Source: an uncultured Actinomycetes bacterium (lineage in GTDB: Bacteria; Actinomycetota; Thermoleophilia; Gaiellales; Gaiellaceae). Taken from it: 24,000 bases of DNA. This document shows positions 1-6,600 of the stretch, piece by piece. The stretch lies in contig CAVRPZ010000002.1 in the NCBI GenBank assembly GCA_963723345.1, forward strand, positions 1,176,522 to 1,200,521, given 5' to 3'. The notes beneath the pieces are model-generated. The model ran no database searches, was not told where the DNA came from, and saw only the letters and a program-made list of their open reading frames with translations. Each line of letters opens with the position of its first letter. Position 1 is the stretch's first letter. The position numbers and the translations under genes were made by a program.

Positions 1-295
1 CTCGGCTGTCCGGACACTGTCGTCGCGCTGCGGCACGAGTGCCACGCCGCACACTATCGACCGCCCGATCGGCATCGCTTGCTCGGGAGAAGGGATACGG
101 CCGCGGGCTCACGGCACGGGGAGAACTCCTGAGGTGAAGGACAAGGAGCGGTCGACGCTGCGCGCGCTGGAAATCCTTCGAGCGTCTTCCCGATCGGCCG
201 CTCGCGACCGCTAAGGCCAGAGCTCCGTTTCCGGACGAGGTGGCTCGGGAAACCCCTCGAGCACTGACCACGCGATCGAGGAGGGACAGCGACCG

Positions 296-805
296 ATGGA
301 AGACTCGGACCGAATGAGCGACGATCACCAAGAGCTCTGGGAGAGGATCGAAGATGTCCGGGTGGCGATGATGACCACCGTCGACACGGACGGCTCGCTC
401 AGCAGCCGCCCGATGTGGACGCAGGGCGACGACTTCGACGGAAGCCTCTGGTTCTTCATCTCGAACCAGGCCTCGGCTGCCCGGGCGCTCGCCCGAGACC
501 CACGCGTCGGGCTGAGCTATGCGGCTCCGAACAAGGACCTCTACCTGTCTGTCGTGGGCCGCGGCGAACTCGTGGAGGACAAGGTGAAGGCCCGTGAGCT
601 GTGGAACACGTTCGCGGAGGCGTGGTTCCCCGGCGGCGTCGACGATCCGCATCTCGGGCTGCTGCGTGTGGACGTCGACGAGGCCGAGTACTGGGAGGAC
701 AAGAAGCCGAAAGTCCTCCAATTCGCGGAGATCGTTCTCGGGGCCGTCACAGGTAAGCCGCCGAAGAGCGGCGACAGGAAGGAGATCGACTTCGACGAGG
801 CGTGA
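296..805 (+). CDS. Pyridoxamine 5'-phosphate oxidase-like FMN-binding protein (general stress protein 26 family)
   Basis: 169-aa ORF with the typical GSP26/PNPOx-like layout (ELWERIEDVRVAMMTT...DGSL.SRPM...DG.LWFF...YLSV.G...V.D....ELW, C-terminal AEYWE). GAGGAGGG RBS about 9 nt upstream of the ATG. Confidence 0.85.
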   Translation: MEDSDRMSDDHQELWERIEDVRVAMMTTVDTDGSLSSRPMWTQGDDFDGSLWFFISNQASAARALARDPRVGLSYAAPNKDLYLSVVGRGELVEDKVKARELWNTFAEAWFPGGVDDPHLGLLRVDVDEAEYWEDKKPKVLQFAEIVLGAVTGKPPKSGDRKEIDFDEA

Positions 806-1035
806 GCGTCTGCAGCGCACGGGGCGGCGTCGTCGATAGGTCACTGGAAGGTCGAACAGCTCGCGGATGCGGTCATTCCGCGCTCCCGTCGGGTGCGCAA
901 GCCCTCGACGGGCAGCCGACTGATGCGCCGCGCGGACGGGGCGTGACAGGTGAAGGCACACGTCGCCTGCGGGTCGCTGCCCGCTGGACTCGGCTTCGTG
1001 CCCACGGCGACGTCGTCGCTCGCCGCCTTGGCGTA

Positions 1036-3107
1036 CTACGACGGATCGCGCTCGAGGACCGCGTGGTCGTCTCCCTGCCGCGCGGTGAGCCGCAGAGGCC
1101 TGCCTCTCGCCCAGACGCGGTCGACATGGAGCTCGGTCCAGCCCTTCGGCAACGTGACCGGACGCGCACACCAGCTCTCGGGCTCACCCGGCCCGATCCG
1201 GATACCGGGGAGTCCGTAGAGGCAACTCGTCAGGAAGCCGCCCAGGTTCGCCGTGAAGGGTCCTGCGACGGGCTGCTCGGGGAAAACTGCGGGCGCGTAC
1301 TCGGTCGTCAGCGCGAAAGGATCGATCACGAAGTCGGCGTAGCCCCGCTCGAAGAGCTCGAGCGCACGCTCCCGGTCCCCGAGGCGAGCTGCGTAGACAC
1401 CGAGCAGCGCGGAGAGCATGGGGGCGCCCACGTACTTGTCCGCGAGGCGCAGGTAGAAGTCGAGCGTCGCGCGCTCCACCTCTGCGCTGCACTCGAACGT
1501 GAGCGGGAAGAGCCCGGCGGCGGCCTCCGGCGTCTCGCCCTTCTCCTCGCTCGCCCGGTACAGGTCGTGGTTGCGGATGACGCCGTTCCGGTCGATCCGC
1601 AGGAAAATCGTGCGCGCGAGGTGCTCCCAGCGCGGGTCGGCCACGTGGCCGAGCGGTCGGGCGAGCGCGACGGCCTCTCGCAGCGCGACCGCTGCCGCCA
1701 TGTTCACGAAAGCGTTGTTGTTCGACGTTCTCCTCGCGCTCGGCAATGCCGTTTACGCCGTGGATCTCGAATCCTCGCTCCGTCTCGACTCCCCGACTCA
1801 CGATCCACGTGGCGACGTCTGCCAGAACGTCCCAGGCCCGCTTTCGGCCCCACTCCCAGTCGTGTGTGGCATGCAGGAACTGACTGAAGGCGAAGGCGAC
1901 GTCGAGGCTCACATGGTGCTCGTGGGCGCTCGCGGCGCCCTCCCCGGGCGCTGACTCCTCCCCGTATCGAGGGCTGCTCTCCCACGGGAACTGCGCTCCG
2001 CGGTAGCCCGACATCGAAGCGTTGTGGCGAGCCGCCGGCAGGCGCTCCGCCCGGAACTCGAGGAGCGATCGGGCCGCATCCGGGTTGGTCAGGACGAGCG
2101 GCGGAACGGCGAACATCTCGATGTCCCACATGACGTGACCGCGGTAGTAGTGGTAGTTCGGCCAGTAGGCGAGCCCGAACAGCGACGTGCTGGCGGGCGA
2201 CGAGGCGTGGACGGACGTCTGCAGGTAGAAGTACGCGGCGTCGAGCATCGCCTGCCAGCGCGCTGGCGCGTCGACCTGGACGCGCCCCCGCCAGATCTCG
2301 TCCCACGCAGCCGAGTTCTCGGCGCGTAAACGGTCGAAACCGCGCTCCGTGCCCGGCGAACACGAGCCGCACCGCTTGCAGATCGGGCTCATGGTGCATG
2401 GCGTCCGACACGATGGCCGCGATCTGGCGAAGCCGGTACCGCCTCCCCGAGCGCCCCCGGAACGAGTACCGGGTGGCGAGCGGAGCGACCTCGTTCTCGT
2501 CGACGGAACGCTCGGCCTCCGCGCCAGCGAACTCCGTGACGTATGCGACTCCGGCGAGGCCGACGCCGCCGTGGCTCTCCCAGCGGAGCGAGCCGTCGAC
2601 CGGCTGCTGTTCCGTGCCGCGGGTTCGGGTGGACCGCGCCTTCAGCGTGCCGGGCACCCCGCTGGTGTCCACGCCGGCGGTCAAGACGACATCGCACGCG
2701 CGAGACACGGAGACGCGCACCTCCTGCAGCACGAGCATGGGCATCGTCCTGCTACAGAACGTGAGCACCTCCAGCTCGGCCCCCACGCCCCCCGCGTCGA
2801 AATCGAAGACCGTTCGCAGCTCACCCGCTCCGAAGTCGTACGACTGCTCGCGAAGCTGCGCTCGCTCGGGTGCCGTCTTCAGCGAAACACGGTTCAGCTC
2901 GAGATCCCCGGCCAGGGGGTAGGGCACGCGCGCGAACCCCTCCGCCCCGCTGTCGCCGTCGATGCCGGCGAAGCCGTTGAGGATTGCCAGACCGTCGATC
3001 TGCGGGATTCGAGGCACGCGAAGCCCGACGACTCCGTTCGAGACGTACGCCGGAAGGAACTCCGGCCGATACTCGGTGACGACGGATGGGCTGATCGGCG
3101 TCGTCAC
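1036..3107 (-). pseudogene. Glycoside hydrolase family 65 (kojibiose/trehalose/maltose phosphorylase-like), disrupted by two frameshifts
   Basis: One continuous GH65-like protein is recovered only by joining three minus-strand frames. These are 3107 to ~2355 (N-terminal beta-sandwich), ~2353 to ~1724 (FDRLRAENSAAWDEIW..., FPWESSPRYGEE) and ~1722 to 1036 (NNNAFVNMAA..., C-terminal domain). After each junction the old frame degrades into Arg/Pro/Ala-rich junk. Confidence 0.75.
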
Positions 3108-3114
3108 GGAGCGT

Positions 3115-3261
3115 CTAGAGCAGCCGGATCAGGATGTTGACGAGAATCGTGAGGAGGACCGACACCGCGAGGGAGAGCAGCAGGCAGCCGGGCGAGCAGC
3201 CGTAGACGCGAACGCGACTGCCGGCCAACGTCTTCGGGCGAAGCGGATCATGCGGTTCCAC
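3115..3261 (-). CDS. Possible small hydrophobic protein (48 aa, GTG start), too short for the ORF track
   Basis: My own translation gives VEPHDPLRPKTLAGSRVRVYGCSPGCLLLSLAVSVLLTILVNILIRLL*. The C-terminal 25 residues form one clean TM helix. The RBS is weak, an alternative TTG start lies at 3228, and there is no homology evidence. Confidence 0.25.
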   Translation of the reverse strand: MEPHDPLRPKTLAGSRVRVYGCSPGCLLLSLAVSVLLTILVNILIRLL

Positions 3262-3282
3262 TGGACGGACTCACCCGACCCG

Positions 3283-3320
3283 ACCAACCTGCAAACGCCG
3301 CGTGGCGTTTGCAGGTTGGT
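3283..3320 (-). terminator. Intrinsic-terminator-like hairpin closing the minus-strand stress operon
   Basis: Perfect 17-bp inverted repeat accaacctgcaaacgcc / ggcgtttgcaggttggt with a 4-nt loop (gcgt), 58 nt downstream of the stop at 3378. No U-tract, as is common in high-GC actinobacteria. Confidence 0.6.
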
Positions 3321-3377
3321 TCCTTCGGCTTGCGCATCGTTGACTTCACGCCGGCTTGATGGTCGGCGACGTCGCGG

Positions 3378-4358
3378 TTACCGAGGGGTGGCCGAAGGCG
3401 CGGGGCCAGCAGTCGGCGTCTCTCTCGGCGCAACTTCGCGAGCCTTTTCCTGCAGGCTCTCGGACAACTCCTCACCCTCTTCGCGACCGCGTTCCTTCGC
3501 CGTCTCGATGGCTGTCGCGCCGGCCTCCTGCACGACATCTTTCCCGCGCTCGAAAGCTTCCCGTCCCGCGTCCGCCGCCGTCGCTTTCACATCGTCGGCC
3601 ATTGGCCCGATCCGCTCGTCTTCCATGCGAGTGGAGGGCGCGAGCAGGCCCGCGATGAAACCGACCGCTGCACCGCCGATCGCCAGTCCGACCGGGTTCC
3701 TTTCTGCCAGCCGCTTCATGCGATTCATGCTCTGACTGACCTCCGCACCGTCGGGCGTGATCTCGCCTGCCTTCGACGTGACCCCGCTCACCGTCGAGAC
3801 GACGGCGTCCTTCTTCTCCCCGATCCAGTCCTTTGTCCTGGTCGGCACGTCAGCCTTGTACGCGAGCGCGTCGGCGGTCTCGCTCAGCTGGTCGCGGGTC
3901 TGCTCGATCTCGCTCTTCAGCTCGGTCTGATGTGTGAGCCATGCCACATCCTCCTTCACCGATTCGATTGTCTTTTCGGGCACGGGCGTGCCCACGTCCT
4001 GGATCTTGTTGCGGCCGTACAGCGCCAGAGGCACCGCCACGAGCGCCCATAGCCCGGCAACACACAGCGCCGCCGCCCAATTGGGCATCACGCCATCGAG
4101 CGCGAGGATGAGGAACCCCGTGAACGTACCCAGAGCGAGAAGGCCGGCGACTCCCGCCGCGGTGAGTACTGCGACGCCCGCCCCGGCTTTCTTTCCCTTC
4201 TCGGCCAACTCGGCCTTCGCGAGCTCGAGGTTCTCGTTCAGCTCGACCTTCACGAGTTCGATCTCCTGGTGAACCAGGGTGGTCGCCTGATGCGTGAGAT
4301 CCTTGACCAGCTGGACGGTCGAGCGCTGACGGACGACGTCGCCGTCGATGATCGTCAT
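3378..4358 (-). CDS. Membrane protein: Holin-X (actinobacterial phage-holin family, superfamily III) N-terminal domain fused to a DUF3618-like domain
   Basis: 326 aa. The N-terminus (STVQLVKDLTHQATTLVHQEIELVKVEL...) is followed by two TM helices typical of Holin-X. The middle part (EIEQTRDQLSETADALAYKADV) and a third TM (NPVGLAIGGAAVGFIAGLLAP) are typical of DUF3618. The ATG at 4358 abuts the upstream stop at 4359-4361. Confidence 0.8.
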   Translation of the reverse strand: MTIIDGDVVRQRSTVQLVKDLTHQATTLVHQEIELVKVELNENLELAKAELAEKGKKAGAGVAVLTAAGVAGLLALGTFTGFLILALDGVMPNWAAALCVAGLWALVAVPLALYGRNKIQDVGTPVPEKTIESVKEDVAWLTHQTELKSEIEQTRDQLSETADALAYKADVPTRTKDWIGEKKDAVVSTVSGVTSKAGEITPDGAEVSQSMNRMKRLAERNPVGLAIGGAAVGFIAGLLAPSTRMEDERIGPMADDVKATAADAGREAFERGKDVVQEAGATAIETAKERGREEGEELSESLQEKAREVAPRETPTAGPAPSATPR

Positions 4359-4871
4359 CTACGCACCCCCGCTCGTCAGGCTCCGCATCGAAGGCGAGTA
4401 GCCGCTGCCGTTGCTGTGCGCACCCTCGTAGCGGCGGTTGCCCGAGGCCTTCACGAATCGTGAGGCCAGGAGTCCCGCGAGGGCGCCGACGCCCGCCGTG
4501 AGCCAGGGACGCCTTCGGGCGAATCCCTCGATGTCGCCGAGGATCCGGTCGGCCTCCGCGGACTGGAGGTAACCGCCTACATCGTCGGCGCGCCGAGCGA
4601 CCTCCTCGACGACCCTTGCCGGCACATCCTTGCCTTCACTGCGCAGCTGGTTGGCCCCGGACTGGAGGGTCTTTCCGATCGACTGCAGCTGTTCGCCCGC
4701 CTGGGTCGAGCGCTGGTCGAGCTGCTCACGGATCTGGAAGTTGGCCTCTCCGCCCAGCTCATGGGCCTTGGCCGTGATCTGCTCCTGGGCCGCGGAGACG
4801 AGCTCCTCGCCCTTGTCCTTCACTTCTGCTGCAGCCCCACTCGGGTGACTGCCACTCGTTTCAGTCGCCAT
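4359..4871 (-). CDS. Tail-anchored coiled-coil stress protein (ElaB/YqjD/DUF883-like architecture)
   Basis: Start chosen at ATG 4871 (MATETSG...), which has an AAGGAG RBS about 9 nt upstream. The 4964 start in the track adds an Arg-rich junk extension. Long polar helical region, then RRPWLTAGVGALAGLLASRF as a single TM. Confidence 0.7.
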   Translation of the reverse strand: MATETSGSHPSGAAAEVKDKGEELVSAAQEQITAKAHELGGEANFQIREQLDQRSTQAGEQLQSIGKTLQSGANQLRSEGKDVPARVVEEVARRADDVGGYLQSAEADRILGDIEGFARRRPWLTAGVGALAGLLASRFVKASGNRRYEGAHSNGSGYSPSMRSLTSGGA

Positions 4872-5018
4872 GCGCCCTGCTCCTTTCGTCTGAGGTCTTG
4901 GACACCGCTGTCGCGCCCACCGTTGCTTCGTCGCGCGGCGATTCGCCGCCGGCTTGTCGTGCAATGGGGCATGTGCTCGGGGCGAGGGCCCCGAGCACAG
5001 ACCGTGACTGGCGTGCGT

Positions 5019-5303
5019 CTAGCGGTTGTTGAGCGGGTCTTCGCCGCCGGCGTACTTGGTGCCCGACTTGGCGAGGCCGCGGCTGATCATGTAGCCGATC
5101 CCGACCGCGGCGACGAGCGTCCAGGCGCGGACATCGTCGAGTGAGTCGGAGATGGCCGAGGCAGCCAGGATGGCCACGATGAGGCCGGCCATCGCCCAGA
5201 ACTCGGTGGTCTTCAGCGAGTGCTTGGTCTCGTCGGTGGTGCGATCGCCGACGTAGGCCGGTGTCTTCGTGCGCGCCCGCTCAGTGGTTTCCATTGTTGC
5301 CAT
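5019..5303 (-). CDS. Small membrane protein (2 TM), hypothetical
   Basis: 94 aa with two hydrophobic helices (FWAMAGLIVAILAASAI, WTLVAAVGIGYMISRGL). Strong GAGGAGG RBS 7 nt upstream of ATG 5303. Confidence 0.75.
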   Translation of the reverse strand: MATMETTERARTKTPAYVGDRTTDETKHSLKTTEFWAMAGLIVAILAASAISDSLDDVRAWTLVAAVGIGYMISRGLAKSGTKYAGGEDPLNNR

Positions 5304-5808
5304 TGCTGTTCCTCCTCTTGAGGGTCGTATGAGGCGGAGGACTCAAACGAGTCCTCTCGCTACTTGCCGTGCATGGAGCGATGGTTCTTGGCTCGTCGTC
5401 CAGTCGCCTGATTGCGAGAAGACGATCGAAGCCCGTCGCCTCGAACGCAGTCATCGGCGTCTGCGGCCCGACGAGGACGAGCAGCTCGCCCCCGTGCGCC
5501 TGCTGGCGTCGGCTCGCGCCGAGGAGCAGGGCGAGCGTGGTCGCGTCGATGAAAGTGACCATGCGAAGGTCGACGGTCAGGTGGCGCACTTCTGCCAACG
5601 CGTCTTCGATCGCCGGGGCGCGGAAGAGGTCGAGCTCGCCAGCGAGGACGAGGACCGCTGATTCGCTCCCATACCGCTCGAGGGCCAGCGAAAAGTCGGC
5701 TTGCACGGTTCGGGCTTGCGGCAATTCGCTCTCGAGGGCCTCAGCTGGCCTCCAGCCCGCAGCACCTGCTTCGGGCGGAGCGGTGTTGATTTGTTCATGT
5801 CTCATCAC
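5281..5808 (-). CDS. STAS-domain protein (anti-sigma-factor antagonist, SpoIIAA/RsbV family)
   Basis: STAS core AVLVLAGELDLFRAPAIEDAL...LTVDLRMVTFIDATTLALLLG...GGELLVLVGPQTPMTAFEATGFDRLL. GTG 5808 or ATG 5805 start. The 3' end overlaps the next gene by 23 nt. Confidence 0.8.
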   Translation of the reverse strand: MMRHEQINTAPPEAGAAGWRPAEALESELPQARTVQADFSLALERYGSESAVLVLAGELDLFRAPAIEDALAEVRHLTVDLRMVTFIDATTLALLLGASRRQQAHGGELLVLVGPQTPMTAFEATGFDRLLAIRRLDDEPRTIAPCTASSERTRLSPPPHTTLKRRNSNGNNGNH

Positions 5809-5927
5809 GCTGCCACCGTAGCTCAGTTCTGATGAACTATGGCCGATCTGATGAGGTATTTGATGAGGTATTTGGCGAATTATGATGAGAAATATCCGCT
5901 GGCAGCTGGAAGTACTGATGAAGTAAG
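5809..5927. promoter_or_regulatory. AT-rich divergent intergenic region carrying five TGATGA(R) motifs, including an exact 12-bp tandem duplication
   Basis: TGATGA at 5829, 5848, 5860, 5882 and 5915. TGATGAGGTATT is repeated exactly at 5848-5859 and 5860-5871. A TATGAT -10-like hexamer lies at 5880-5885. The region is visibly far more AT-rich than its flanks. Confidence 0.45.
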
Positions 5928-6251
5928 ATGGTCGTCATGCAGCACGGCGAGCTCGCGATCTACAGCATTGGCGCCGTTGAGCGCATGCTCGACGTCCCGG
6001 CCGCGACGATCCGAAACTGGGAAGAGCGCTATGGGCTCGTGAAGCCCGAGCGCAGCAACGGCGGCCATCGGCTCTACACACGCGGACAGGTCGAGCAGCT
6101 CCGCTTCGTCAAGGAGGGACTCGATCGAGGGCTGCAGCCCGCCGAGGCCCATCGCCTGCTCGGCGAGCAGCTCGCGCGCCGCAGCGGCGTTCGCGTCAAC
6201 GGATGCGAGCGAGCAGGCGCCTCGCCTTCTGATCCTGCTCGCCGAGCGTGA
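5928..6251 (+). CDS. MerR-family HTH regulator (LitR/CarH-class DNA-binding domain); probably the N-terminal part of a frameshifted MerR-receiver fusion
   Basis: IYSIGAVERMLDVPAATIRNWEERYGLVKPERSNGGHRLYTRGQVEQLRFV is a MerR wHTH of the same subclass as the LitR at 13086-13967. After about residue 85 the frame yields a featureless tail, while the +1 frame continues into a receiver domain. Confidence 0.8.
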   Translation: MVVMQHGELAIYSIGAVERMLDVPAATIRNWEERYGLVKPERSNGGHRLYTRGQVEQLRFVKEGLDRGLQPAEAHRLLGEQLARRSGVRVNGCERAGASPSDPARRA

Positions 6252-6303
6252 TCCGTACGCGGCCGAGTTCGCCGAGTTCTTCCTCCAGACCGAGGGCTAC
6301 GAG

Positions 6304-6600
6304 GTGGCTCTCGCCCTCGATGCCGATGACGCAGCGCTCAAGCTCGAGCAACGCCTACCCCAGCTTGCGGTGATCGAGCTGCTCATCTCCGGCGGTACGG
6401 GCGCCGATCTGTGCCAGCGTCTGAAGGAAGCCGGAGTGCCTGCGTGCCTGGTGATCTCCACGCTCGACGCGCGCGACCAGGCGCTCGCAGCGGGCGCCGA
6501 CGCCTTTCTGCGGAAGCCACTCGATCCGCTGCAGTTCGTCTCGACCGTCAAGGACTTGCTCGGGAAGAGCGCTTTCCTGCAAGGCGCGACATCGCTATGA
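6304..6600 (+). CDS. Response-regulator receiver-like domain (atypical: Glu at the phospho-acceptor position)
   Basis: Receiver signatures LVISTLD (Thr) and FLRKPLDP (Lys). The first canonical start is GTG 6304, but receiver homology (RLLILLAERDPYAAEFAEFFLQTEGYEV) continues upstream in the same frame to about 6223. There is no ATG/GTG/TTG between 6043 and 6304. The stop TGA (6598-6600) overlaps the next ATG (6597-6599). Confidence 0.7.
   Translation: MALALDADDAALKLEQRLPQLAVIELLISGGTGADLCQRLKEAGVPACLVISTLDARDQALAAGADAFLRKPLDPLQFVSTVKDLLGKSAFLQGATSL

Noticed and set aside
1-295. Leading 295 nt searched for an RNA gene, riboswitch or gene fragment
   Set aside because: I could find no ORF of useful length, no tRNA-like cloverleaf and no recognisable riboswitch core by eye. 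It is left unannotated rather than guessed.
802-3140. Long plus-strand ORFs (802-1887, 2349-3140, 2398-2922 and others) antisense to the GH65 region
   Set aside because: Their translations are Arg/Pro/Gly/Ala-rich low-complexity strings with no recognisable motifs. They lie antisense to a region with clear GH65 homology. These are typical stop-codon-poor artefacts of ~70% GC DNA.
3378-4358. A 'phage holin' annotation taken to imply a prophage lysis cassette
   Set aside because: No endolysin, spanin, terminase, capsid or integrase genes are nearby. The Holin-X family is widespread in actinobacterial stress-type loci, and here it is fused to DUF3618 within a STAS/ElaB-like operon.
5848-5871. 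Tandem 12-bp repeat as a possible CRISPR or minisatellite
   Set aside because: There are only two adjacent copies with no spacers and no cas genes. A regulatory-site duplication inside a promoter region explains it better.
5839-6042. ORF 5839-6042 (+) beginning MADLMRYLMRYL
   Set aside because: The repeated peptide is just the translation of the TGATGAGGTATT tandem DNA repeat in the intergenic region. The rest is out of frame with the clear MerR HTH.
6411-6596. KaiC-like ORF start at 6411 as given in the track
   Set aside because: The first 62 residues are an off-frame reading of the receiver gene (Arg/Ser/Ala-rich). KaiC-family homology begins at MSERLLSGHSRLDGVLGGG (ATG 6597), which overlaps the receiver stop.
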